A DNA stretch of 64,000 nt from Acidimicrobiia bacterium (lineage in GTDB: Bacteria > Actinomycetota > Acidimicrobiia > Spongiisociales > ZC4RG35): contig JBEVJN010000077.1 in the NCBI GenBank assembly GCA_040510135.1, forward strand, positions 249-64,248, in the 5' to 3' direction. The first letter of the stretch is position 1. The number at the start of each line of letters is the position of its first letter. The notes beneath the pieces are model-generated. The model saw only the letters and a program-made list of their open reading frames with translations, was not told where the DNA came from and searched no databases. This document shows, piece by piece, positions 40,007 through 48,684 of the stretch. Both the position numbers and the translations under genes were made by a program.

Positions 40007-40954
40007 ATGGATCAGCCCTCGGTCGACGTGATCGTGCCGGCCAAGGACGCCGGGGACACGATCCGGCCCGCGCTCGAAGCGATCAACGACCAGACCTATC
40101 GCCTGCTCGGATCAGTCGTGGTCGCGGCCTCAGATCCCGGGACCGCCGCCGTCGCCCGAGAATGTGGAGCCGAAGTGGTGGACAACCCGACCGGCCGCAC
40201 CCCCACCGGCCTCAACCTGGCTCTGGCCCAGACCACCGCCGAGGTCATCGCCCGAGTGGATGCCCACGCTGTCATCCCGCCCGGCTATCTGGCCCGGGCG
40301 GTGCAAGTGCTCACAGATACCGGGGCCGACACTGTCGGCGGCATGCAGGTCCCGGTGGGGAACACGGCATCGGAGAAGGCTGTAGCCGCCGCAATGTCGT
40401 CCCGACTCGGCGCCGGCGACGCCCGCTATCGCATCGGCGGCAAGGCAGGGCCGGCCGACACCGTCTATCTGGGCGTGTTCCTCAGATCGACGTTGGAACG
40501 CCTCGGTGGCTACGACGAGCATTTCGACCGCAACCAGGACTACGAGCTGAATCAGCGAATCAGGGACTCGGGCGGCACGGTCTGGTTCGACCCCGAGCTA
40601 GAGGTCTCCTACCGGCCCCGGGGATCGGTCAGCGCCCTGGCGCGCCAATACTTCGACTACGGGCGATGGAAGCGGGAATTCGCCCGTCATCACCCCGGCT
40701 CACTGCGGCCACGTCAGTTGGCGCCCCCACTCCTCGTCACCGGACTAGTCGTGGCCATCCTTGCTGGCTTGTGGTGGCCGTGGGCCTGGCTCGCAGTTGC
40801 GGCCTATGTCATCGTTCTCGTTCTGTTCGGGCTAAGCCGGCTCCCGGGCACCGGCCCCGGCGCCCTCCTCATACCTCTGGCCCTGGCAGTGATGCATTTG
40901 AGTTGGGGTTTCGGGTTCCTCCTTGGCCGGACAGGGCCAAGTAGAACTCGGTGA
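40007..40954 (+). CDS. GT2 glycosyltransferase with C-terminal TM helices
   Basis: VDVIVPAKDAGDTI...(DxD)...two C-terminal TM helices. The start was chosen at Met17 (MDQPSVD) to avoid overlapping the upstream gene. Confidence 0.75.
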   Translation: MDQPSVDVIVPAKDAGDTIRPALEAINDQTYRLLGSVVVAASDPGTAAVARECGAEVVDNPTGRTPTGLNLALAQTTAEVIARVDAHAVIPPGYLARAVQVLTDTGADTVGGMQVPVGNTASEKAVAAAMSSRLGAGDARYRIGGKAGPADTVYLGVFLRSTLERLGGYDEHFDRNQDYELNQRIRDSGGTVWFDPELEVSYRPRGSVSALARQYFDYGRWKREFARHHPGSLRPRQLAPPLLVTGLVVAILAGLWWPWAWLAVAAYVIVLVLFGLSRLPGTGPGALLIPLALAVMHLSWGFGFLLGRTGPSRTR

Positions 40955-41978
40955 CCTCCCTGTGGGGCCAGCGATACCGATCCCGCACCATCGCTACGTC
41001 GACACCAGCCCTCGCCCGCAGATCTCCCTCGAGAGCCTCGTTGATCCCTTCAGCCATCGCCAGAGAGTTCTCCGGTTCCACCAAGATGACGGCAAGCTTT
41101 TCTGCTCCCGCCTGCCGGATCCCGGGAAGATCGGAGGCGACAACCGGGACCCCGAGTGACAGGTACTCGAAGAGCTTGGTTGGGATCGAGTCGCGGTAGT
41201 TCGGCAAGTTCTTCCAAGGCACGATCGCCACGGCGGCTCCCGCGGCGATCCTCATCGCCTCCGGGTTGGGCCGCGGGCCCACGAAGAGGACCTCAGCACT
41301 CTTTGCCCTGGCCAGATTCGACAACTCCGATCGAGCATCGAAGCTCACTGGCCCGACCAGGCGCAATGGCATCCCGACCAAGGCGCAGGCCTCGATCGCG
41401 GTGTCGAGACCGCGAACCATCGTCACATCTCCGACATGGATCACTTCCCGTCGTGACTCTGGCTCGGGGTCCGGATAGCCAGAGGTATCCGGGTAGTTGG
41501 GGAAGACCACATGCTCGTGTGCGAAGAGATGGGAGTACCCCGCCTCGGCCAGCGTGATGACCAGGAATCGCTCCGCCAGCCCAAGCACCCACTTGCTGAG
41601 CACAGCCAGCGGGCGCCGCAGCGGACCGGGCACCCAGGGACGGGTGAGAGCGGTGGCCGGGATGTCCTCGTGTACATCGAACACCACGGGGCGCCGCTTC
41701 AGTGTCCGCGCCAGCAGCCCGATCGGGATGGTCTCGGGATCGTGGAGGACGAGCACGTCCCAATCTCGGCGCATGACAAGGCCCAGGGCGCGAAACCAAC
41801 GGAAGGCGCGACCACCTCGAAGTGGAAACCATCGCAGGCCGGTGATGTCGGAGGGCCCCGGCTCTTTCGTCGCGTATACGACTTCGAAGTCCACGGCCAG
41901 AGTTCGGACCAATCGCTCTCGTATCCGGGTGTCGTCTGGCCGATGCACCGTGGACAACACCAGGACGCCTGACCTCAT
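40869..41978 (-). CDS. GT4-family (GT-B) glycosyltransferase
   Basis: LVLSTVHRPDDTRI N-terminal GT-B start and a C-terminal Glycos_transf_1 region (VGPRPNPE...KLFEYLSLGVPVVASDLPG). Confidence 0.75.
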   Translation of the reverse strand: MRSGVLVLSTVHRPDDTRIRERLVRTLAVDFEVVYATKEPGPSDITGLRWFPLRGGRAFRWFRALGLVMRRDWDVLVLHDPETIPIGLLARTLKRRPVVFDVHEDIPATALTRPWVPGPLRRPLAVLSKWVLGLAERFLVITLAEAGYSHLFAHEHVVFPNYPDTSGYPDPEPESRREVIHVGDVTMVRGLDTAIEACALVGMPLRLVGPVSFDARSELSNLARAKSAEVLFVGPRPNPEAMRIAAGAAVAIVPWKNLPNYRDSIPTKLFEYLSLGVPVVASDLPGIRQAGAEKLAVILVEPENSLAMAEGINEALEGDLRARAGVDVAMVRDRYRWPHREVTEFYLALSGQGGTRNPNSNASLPGPEV

Positions 41979-43312
41979 AGCGGCTCGACGTTCTCCGCGG
42001 TGATCCCGAGACGGCGATACACACCTCGCGCGTCGTACACAGCAGGCACCTGGTCGGCGAGGTGTTTGTAGTCGACGTCCGAGTGGTCGGTGAGAACGGC
42101 AGCCAGCTCGAATCGAGATAGATCGTCATCGGGACCGACTGACTCGTAACCAAGTGCCTCGATGCGCCGGGCACCGACCACGGGATCGAGAGCGGCAACT
42201 CGAGCACCTCGCTCCTTGAGGACATCGAGAACCTGAAGGGATGCCGACTCACGATCGTCGGCGATATCCGGCTTGTAGGCGAGGCCGACACCAAGTATCG
42301 GCGTTCCCCTGACGGGAAGCCCGCGACGATTGAGGATCTCCGCTATCCGATCGGCACTGTAGGCCGGCATCTTCGAGTTGACCTGTTCGGCGATATCGAT
42401 GAACCGCGTGGTGAAGTTGGTCTCACGAGCTCGCCAGGCCAGATACTGGGGGTCGAGTGGGATGCAATGCCCTCCCACTCCCGGGCCTGGGTAGAAGGGC
42501 TGGAACCCAAACGGCTTCGTGGCTGCGGCATCGACTACCTCCCACACATCGATGTCCAGTTCATGACACAGCTGGGCAATCTCGTTGATCAACCCGATGT
42601 TCACGGCCCGATAGGTGTTCTCGAGCAGTTTGCTCATCTCGGCCGCCCGCGCCGAGCTGACCCGGTGTACCGAAGGGACCAAACGCCGGTAGGCGGCCTC
42701 GGCTACCTCCCCGGACACGTCAGTGACTCCTCCCACCACCTTGGGGATGTCGGCTGTCTTCATCAGGTCGCCCGGCGATACCCGCTCGGGGGAGAAAGCA
42801 ACCCACACATCCTCGTCGAGAGTGAGTCCCGCAGCAGACACTGCCGGGACCAGATAGTCCTCGGTCGTACCCGGGTAGGTGGTCGACTCCAGACAGATCA
42901 ATTGCCCGGGCCGGACTACCCGGGACACCGTCTCTGCCGCTGCCTCGATGTAGGAGAGGTCGGGCTGACGATTGCGGCCGAGTGGGCTGGGCACGCAGAT
43001 GAAAATGGCGTCGGCCTCGGCGAGGATGTTCTGATCCGAGGAGAACCTGACACCTTCCGCCAGAGCCGTTGCGAGTGTCTCATCGGATACATCGTCGACA
43101 TGTGAACGACCCGCGGCCAGGGCTGCGACCAGCTCACCAGAGACATCGAACCCGATCGAGGGAAGACCACGATTCGCCGCGGTTACGAGCAGCGGCAAAC
43201 CCACATAACCCAGCCCGACGACCCCTGCGGTCCATGGCCGGTTGGTGAAGAAGTCGATCCTGTTTGTCACCGCCGCGATGGTAGGAGGATCAGGAATCCC
43301 ACTCCGCGGCAC
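41975..43312 (-). CDS. UDP-N-acetyl-D-mannosamine/glucosamine 6-dehydrogenase (WecC/WbpA/Cap5O family)
   Basis: GVVGLGYVGLPL Rossmann loop. The catalytic GGHCIPLDPQYL is of the UDP-ManNAc/GlcNAc dehydrogenase type, unlike the GGSCFPKD of Ugd. Confidence 0.85.
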   Translation of the reverse strand: MPRSGIPDPPTIAAVTNRIDFFTNRPWTAGVVGLGYVGLPLLVTAANRGLPSIGFDVSGELVAALAAGRSHVDDVSDETLATALAEGVRFSSDQNILAEADAIFICVPSPLGRNRQPDLSYIEAAAETVSRVVRPGQLICLESTTYPGTTEDYLVPAVSAAGLTLDEDVWVAFSPERVSPGDLMKTADIPKVVGGVTDVSGEVAEAAYRRLVPSVHRVSSARAAEMSKLLENTYRAVNIGLINEIAQLCHELDIDVWEVVDAAATKPFGFQPFYPGPGVGGHCIPLDPQYLAWRARETNFTTRFIDIAEQVNSKMPAYSADRIAEILNRRGLPVRGTPILGVGLAYKPDIADDRESASLQVLDVLKERGARVAALDPVVGARRIEALGYESVGPDDDLSRFELAAVLTDHSDVDYKHLADQVPAVYDARGVYRRLGITAENVEPL

Positions 43313-45119
43313 GCTTGAGGAATGCCGCCATCTGCCCCCGGGTCACATGGTCGCCGGGGCAGAACCTGTCGTTGGTCGGTGGATTGCAGCCGAGGGTTAT
43401 ACCGACCGAGGCGATCTTGTTGATCGCCGGCTGGAACTCTGAGCCGGAGTCGTCGACAAAATGGTCCATCGGGGCGTTGGGTAGGCCGTACGCCCGCGCC
43501 AGGAAGGCCGCCATCTGCCCGCGGGGGATGGGCTGACCACCACAGAACTCATTCGCCCGACACCCGAATGTGATGCCGGACTCGTAGAGACGGTTGGCCG
43601 CGTCTTCGTAGAACTCCCCATCATCATCCGAGAAATGGTCGGCGGTCGGAGCGGCAAGGTTCAGCGCTCTGGAGATGAACACCGCCATTTGACCTCTGGT
43701 CACTTCGTTGTCAGGGCAGAATTTGCTGTTCAGAGGTGGGTTGCAGCCCAGAGTGATCTTCTGCTGCGCCAGCCAGATGATGGCCGCCTCGAACGTGTTG
43801 TTGGCGATGTCGAGGAAAGGCCCCTGGTAGTCGATGCCGCTCACGTAAGGAGACACTCGGACCTCAGCCCCGTCCCGGCGGAAGGCGTTGTCGATCAGGA
43901 AGATCCTCAGCTTCTCCCCCCACAGATTCGCCGTCGGGGTGGAGTCGCCGTTCTTGCCGGTGAACTCGATCACGGCGCCGGGTGGACCGGCGATCTGCCT
44001 GACGTTGGTCACTCTCTCCCACCCGAAGTGGGCGGCGATCCTCGGGGCCGGGACAACCACTGTCCACCTCGCCAGCGGGTTGATCTCTGGATCCGCCGAC
44101 CACTTGTCATCGACCGACCTCAGCCAGGGAAGGGCTGTCCCGCCCCAGACAAACTCAACGTCCTCGCTGGCGCCGCCATTGGAGGAGGAGTAGAAGGCAC
44201 GGGCGATGCGAAGCGCATAGTTGGACTGCGGGTGAATCAGAACGCTCCGGTCGGTGGCCTGGACGGCAGCCACCCATTGGGCGCCGAAGTTGCCCGCGGC
44301 CGGGCTCTCCTTGCCCCATCCGACGTATGCCTGATCGGCGGTGGTGTCTCTCAGGTGACATCCACAGCCCGGGTCTTTTCCAGAGCCATCATTTCCGCCC
44401 CGCAAGACGGCGGTGGCGACCGCATAGCTGCGACCGATGATCGCTTGGGCTTTGAGAGCCTCTGCCGGCCAGGAGGAAGGGACCTCGGCCAGTCCAAATA
44501 GGTAGGCCTCCAGCCCGACCATGGCCACGACGTGGAATCCATTCGCCGAGTCGACGAAGCGGATCTGCCCTCGCGCGTACTGGGTGCCATTGATCGACAC
44601 CCTGCTGGACGGGCTGAGGCCGGTGATGCGGCCGTTGCAAGGCTTGTAACCGGTGTGGCCCCCTCCTTCGCCCTTCTTACGGAATCGACACTGGTTGGGG
44701 TTCGCATCGTCAGCCTCGAACACCCACGACTCGCCCGGGTTGATGGTGGTGTCGGCAAAGGCCGTAGTCGGTGGACACTGCCCCGCCGGCTGACAGAGGG
44801 ACAGGGACCCCCCGACCGCAGTCAGATTGACCGCCGTCGTGTTCTCGATCAGACCTACCCAAAGCGCGTTGGGCTGCCTGGTCCAGTGGCTGCTCGGCAT
44901 CGATTCGACCGACGTGCCGGTGTAGTAGTGCTGAAGGATCTGAGTGGCATCTCGCCCATCCTGGGCTTGACCCAGGGCGCCGAACTGCGACAGCCCGACT
45001 CCGTGGCCCCAACCACCGCCGTCGAATTCCCACTCTTCATCGGCAGCGAGGGCTGGCACCGCCAAGCCCAGGAGCGTCAGGGACGCGACAAAAATAGCGA
45101 TCGTCCTTCGGAGCCTCAC
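43290..45119 (-). CDS. Secreted SpoIID/LytB-domain protein with three C-terminal SLH-like (Cys-variant) repeats
   Basis: Signal peptide, a SpoIID-like region (AQAIIGRSYAV...AFYSSSNGG), then 3x ~55-aa repeats of the shared SLH-like module (for example DHFSDDDGEFYEDAANRLYESGITFGCRANEFCGGQPIPRGQMAAFLARAYGL). Confidence 0.8.
   Translation of the reverse strand: MRLRRTIAIFVASLTLLGLAVPALAADEEWEFDGGGWGHGVGLSQFGALGQAQDGRDATQILQHYYTGTSVESMPSSHWTRQPNALWVGLIENTTAVNLTAVGGSLSLCQPAGQCPPTTAFADTTINPGESWVFEADDANPNQCRFRKKGEGGGHTGYKPCNGRITGLSPSSRVSINGTQYARGQIRFVDSANGFHVVAMVGLEAYLFGLAEVPSSWPAEALKAQAIIGRSYAVATAVLRGGNDGSGKDPGCGCHLRDTTADQAYVGWGKESPAAGNFGAQWVAAVQATDRSVLIHPQSNYALRIARAFYSSSNGGASEDVEFVWGGTALPWLRSVDDKWSADPEINPLARWTVVVPAPRIAAHFGWERVTNVRQIAGPPGAVIEFTGKNGDSTPTANLWGEKLRIFLIDNAFRRDGAEVRVSPYVSGIDYQGPFLDIANNTFEAAIIWLAQQKITLGCNPPLNSKFCPDNEVTRGQMAVFISRALNLAAPTADHFSDDDGEFYEDAANRLYESGITFGCRANEFCGGQPIPRGQMAAFLARAYGLPNAPMDHFVDDSGSEFQPAINKIASVGITLGCNPPTNDRFCPGDHVTRGQMAAFLKRAAEWDS
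43293..43832 (-). repeat. Three tandem SLH-like Cys-variant repeats (protein level) at the C-terminus of the SpoIID-like protein
   Basis: Each copy follows the consensus F.DD.G..F...I..L...GIT.GC.PP.N..FCP...VTR.QMA.FL.RAL. Confidence 0.7.
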
Positions 45120-45163
45120 CTAACGTGAATCGGCCAGTCCTCGGCCACCCTGTAGGGAATCGG

Positions 45164-46858
45164 TCAACCCCCGGTCAGTCGGTAGACGACACCATCGAGG
45201 TAGTCGACGGCGAGCACTTCTCCACTGTTGTTGATCTCGAACGACACGAAGCCCGAACCACCGAGCCAGGAGGTGAGGTCTCGGGGCTCGACGGCCCGCC
45301 CCTCCAGGTAGCGGAACGCGAGGACCCGGCCACTGCCGAAGTCGGCGTAGACGTAGTACTGATCGAGCGACCGGACTGTCGGACCCCTGTAGACCACTCC
45401 CCCGGTGACAGTCCTTCCCACCGATCTTCCGTACTCGGCCACGGGGAATGTGAGCCCGGTACGAGAGCAGCTGGGATCGGTGTCATTGGGATTGCACACG
45501 GTGCCCTCATAGCGGGACCATCCGAAGTCGTAGCCACGCGGGGTCACCGGCACGGCGTCGATCTCCTCACGTGCGCCCTGCCCGACATCGCCGATGAACA
45601 TCAGGTTGCCGTCGAACGACCAGCGGAACGGGTTGCGAAGTCCCGAGGCCCATATCTCGTCACGACCCGACCTTCCGACATACGGGTTGTCGGCGGGGAT
45701 TCTGTAGGGCTGGGCTCCGTCGACATCGATCCGGATCATCTTGCCAAGAAGGGTGTTCACGTCCCGGGCCCGACCGCCGGGATCGTTTCCGCTTCCACCG
45801 TCACCCAGAGAGAGGTAGAGATAGCCGTCGGGGCCAAATGAAAGGAACCCTCCGTTGTGGTTGCTGAACGGCTGGTCCACGGCCAGCACGGTCCGTGGCG
45901 ACGACGCGGTCTGGAGGTTGGCGGCAATGTCGTATTCGACCAGGTAGGTGGTGTGGTCACCACTCCCGCCGGGCTGCAGGGGGCCCGAGTACCAAGCGAA
46001 AAGGCGCCGATCGGCCGGGTAGTTCGGGTGGAGCTCGATCGAGAGGAGGCCGCGCTCGCCGCTGAAAATGACGTTATCGGAGATGTCGAGGAAAACCCCG
46101 GTCACGGCACCACCCTGGGCGATTCGAATGACCCCACCCTGCTCGGCGATCAGAAGGCGGGTCTCCCCCGGCGGGGCGAGAACCTGGATCGGCGCCTCCA
46201 GCCCGTCGACGACCGTGGCCCAGCCGAGGGCGGGCCGTGCCGGCGGTCGGATCGGAGTGAGGCCAAGGGCTCTGGTCAACATCCCGGCTATCTGAGCCCG
46301 GGTGACGCCGTCGTTGGGGCAGAAGCGGTTGTTGGTCGGGGGGTTACAGCCCAGCGTTATGCCACGATCGGCGATGCGGTTGATGGCCCCTTCGAGCACA
46401 TGACCGTTGTCGTCGATGAAATGATTGGTGCTCGAAGAAGGGATGGAGAGCGCTCGAGCGAGGAATCCTGCCGCCTGGGCCCTAGTGACCGTGTTGTCGG
46501 GGCAAAAGCGGTCGTTCGCCGGGGGGTTGCATCCGAGGGTGATCCCCGCTGCGGCCAGTCGGTTGATGGCACCCTCAAGAACATGGCCATCGTCGTCGAT
46601 GAACGCATCTGTGGGCGTGGCAGGGAGAGTCTGCGCCCTCGCGATCATTGCCGCCATCTGCGCCCTGGTCAGCACCCGCTCCGGGCAATACCGATCGTTG
46701 AAGGGAGGGTTACAACCGAAAGTGATGCCTTCATCGGCTATCGCCTCTATCCCTGGCTCGAGGACGTGCCCGTCGTCGTCGGTGAACGTGCCCCCGGGGG
46801 GCAGACCCACCACCTGGAACATGCTCAGGGCCAAGGCAAAGGCAGCCAGATACGTCAT
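45164..46858 (-). CDS. Secreted PQQ-dependent soluble sugar (aldose) dehydrogenase beta-propeller with three N-terminal SLH-like repeats
   Basis: Three SLH-like repeats follow the signal peptide. The C-terminus has the SGDH/YliI-like propeller (SNHNGGFLSFGPDGYLYLSLGDGG...WASGLRNPFRWSFD). Confidence 0.8.
   Translation of the reverse strand: MTYLAAFALALSMFQVVGLPPGGTFTDDDGHVLEPGIEAIADEGITFGCNPPFNDRYCPERVLTRAQMAAMIARAQTLPATPTDAFIDDDGHVLEGAINRLAAAGITLGCNPPANDRFCPDNTVTRAQAAGFLARALSIPSSSTNHFIDDNGHVLEGAINRIADRGITLGCNPPTNNRFCPNDGVTRAQIAGMLTRALGLTPIRPPARPALGWATVVDGLEAPIQVLAPPGETRLLIAEQGGVIRIAQGGAVTGVFLDISDNVIFSGERGLLSIELHPNYPADRRLFAWYSGPLQPGGSGDHTTYLVEYDIAANLQTASSPRTVLAVDQPFSNHNGGFLSFGPDGYLYLSLGDGGSGNDPGGRARDVNTLLGKMIRIDVDGAQPYRIPADNPYVGRSGRDEIWASGLRNPFRWSFDGNLMFIGDVGQGAREEIDAVPVTPRGYDFGWSRYEGTVCNPNDTDPSCSRTGLTFPVAEYGRSVGRTVTGGVVYRGPTVRSLDQYYVYADFGSGRVLAFRYLEGRAVEPRDLTSWLGGSGFVSFEINNSGEVLAVDYLDGVVYRLTGG
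46258..46801 (-). repeat. Three tandem SLH-like Cys-variant repeats at the N-terminus of the PQQ sugar dehydrogenase
   Basis: GITFGCNPPFNDRYCPERVLTRAQMAAMIARAQ, GITLGCNPPANDRFCPDNTVTRAQAAGFLARAL, GITLGCNPPTNNRFCPNDGVTRAQIAGMLTRAL. Confidence 0.7.
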
Positions 46859-46906
46859 CGAGCGGGCACCAAGGTACCCGTTCCCACTTCCTAACCAATC
46901 AGGTCT

Positions 46907-48661
46907 GTGATCATGCGTATCTCGATGCGCCCCCTCCTAGCCCTCCTAATGATGGTTGGTATGACCCCGGCAGCCGCCCACGCCACCCCCGCCACTCCAA
47001 CGCCCGCGGAGACCATGCAGGTGGCGATTCCGGCCGAAGTCGGCGCGGATCATCCGCTCGTCCAATCCGAGGCCGTGAAAGGGCAGGCAGCCAAGGGCGA
47101 ACAATGGGTCAGTGTCGAGGTCCCGGTCGAGGGGACCCCGGCTGCGACAGTCCGCTCCCTGTCCCGCGAGCTGGGCGTGCAAGTCTGGGAGGATCAGATA
47201 CTCCAGCTTCAGGCACCCGACGACGAGCCTCTGTTCCCCGAGCAATGGCATCACCACAATGTCGGACAGACCGGAGGGGTGACCGATGCAGATATCGACA
47301 CCCCCATAGCCTGGCCTCGGGCACTCGGTGCCGGAGTGGTCGTGGCCGTCATCGATTCCGGCGTGGACGCCACTCACCCCGATCTCTCCCTGCGGATGCA
47401 TCCCACGGCTTGGGATTTCGTGGACAACGATGCTGATGCCAGCCCCGTCGGCACCGGCGGCAACGAGGCGCATGGAACCCGTGTCGCCGGGGTCATCGCC
47501 GCCTCGCTGAATGGCATCGGGGCGGTCGGTGTCGCCCCCGAGGCGAGAATCATGGCCATTCGAGCGTGCGAAGGTGGAGGCTGCCTGACCAGCGACATTG
47601 CCAACGGCATCCACTTCGCCATCGACAACGGCGCAGATGTCATCAACCTGTCCGTTGGTGCGATCGTGTCCTCGGGTGGCATCGTCGAGAGTGCAGTGGC
47701 CAGAGCCGAGTCGCAGAACGTGACCATCGTCGCGGCCGCGGGCAACCAGGGCGTCGATCTCGGCGACTTGCCAATAGGCCAGATCATGGTGCCCGGCGGG
47801 CTGCCTCAATCCAACGTAGTGGCGGTGGCCGCGACAACGAGTCGGGATCAACTCGCCGGATTCAGCAACTACGGCCGGGACATCGTCGATATCGCCGCAC
47901 CCGGCTCGGAGATCGTCACGACGGATCCCGGTGGGGGTTACGTCCTCGGCGACGGGACATCGTTTTCGGCACCGGTGGTGGCAGGTGTGGCCGCTCTCCT
48001 CCTCAGCCAGGATCCGGGGATTGGCCACCAAGAGTTGATCGCCCGAATCAAGGCGTTCGCCGATCGTCCTGGGAATCTGGCTTCGACGGTGGAAACCGGG
48101 CGGGTCAATGCCGGGAGCACATTGACGCGCCGATTCGTCGACACGGCCGGATCGGTTTTTGTTAAGGCGATCGACCATCTGGCCGCGATCAACGTGACGC
48201 AGGGATGTGACCCACCCCAAAACATCCGCTACTGCCCGGACAGCCTCGTTACACGGGGCCAGATGGCGGTGTTTCTCACCCGGGCCTTCGATCTTCCCCA
48301 GACCTCGACCGACTTCTTCGACGACGACGACGGGGCCTTCTACGAGGAGGCCGCCAATCGAATGGCGGCGGCCGGCCTCAGCACGGGGTGCGCTCCTGAC
48401 CGATACTGCGGGACACAACCGATGCCCAGAGGGCAGATGGCCGCCATGCTATATCGCGGTCTGGACCTGGCGCCAGGCCCCGATGTCTTCGTCGACGACG
48501 AAGCCTCAGCCTTCGAGGGGGCGATCAATCGAGTCGCCGCAGCCGGTATCAGCTTCGGTTGCAACCCGCCACAGAACAATCACTTCTGTCCCGGAGATCC
48601 AGTCACCCGAGGCCAAATGGCCGGGTTCATCCGGCGATCCCTCGACCTGATCAACTCCTGA
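46907..48661 (+). CDS. Secreted S8 subtilisin-like serine peptidase with three C-terminal SLH-like repeats
   Basis: Signal peptide, catalytic triad motifs VAVIDSGVD (Asp), HGTRVAGVIAA (His) and GTSFSAPVVAGVAALL (Ser), then 3 SLH-like repeats. Confidence 0.85.
   Translation: MIMRISMRPLLALLMMVGMTPAAAHATPATPTPAETMQVAIPAEVGADHPLVQSEAVKGQAAKGEQWVSVEVPVEGTPAATVRSLSRELGVQVWEDQILQLQAPDDEPLFPEQWHHHNVGQTGGVTDADIDTPIAWPRALGAGVVVAVIDSGVDATHPDLSLRMHPTAWDFVDNDADASPVGTGGNEAHGTRVAGVIAASLNGIGAVGVAPEARIMAIRACEGGGCLTSDIANGIHFAIDNGADVINLSVGAIVSSGGIVESAVARAESQNVTIVAAAGNQGVDLGDLPIGQIMVPGGLPQSNVVAVAATTSRDQLAGFSNYGRDIVDIAAPGSEIVTTDPGGGYVLGDGTSFSAPVVAGVAALLLSQDPGIGHQELIARIKAFADRPGNLASTVETGRVNAGSTLTRRFVDTAGSVFVKAIDHLAAINVTQGCDPPQNIRYCPDSLVTRGQMAVFLTRAFDLPQTSTDFFDDDDGAFYEEAANRMAAAGLSTGCAPDRYCGTQPMPRGQMAAMLYRGLDLAPGPDVFVDDEASAFEGAINRVAAAGISFGCNPPQNNHFCPGDPVTRGQMAGFIRRSLDLINS
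48119..48658 (+). repeat. Three tandem SLH-like Cys-variant repeats at the C-terminus of the S8 peptidase
   Basis: INVTQGCDPPQNIRYCPDSLVTRGQMAVFLTRAF, GLSTGCAPDRYCGTQPMPRGQMAAMLYRGL, GISFGCNPPQNNHFCPGDPVTRGQMAGFIRRSL. Confidence 0.7.
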
Positions 48662-48684
48662 GGAGCCGATACGATCATTGAGCG

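Noticed and set aside
40869-40954. 86-nt convergent overlap between the GT2 (40007..40954) and GT4 (40869..41978) genes as a possible frameshift or pseudogene
   Set aside because: Both proteins have complete catalytic domains. The overlap involves only low-complexity C-terminal tails, and convergent 3' overlaps of this size are plausible in compact high-GC genomes.
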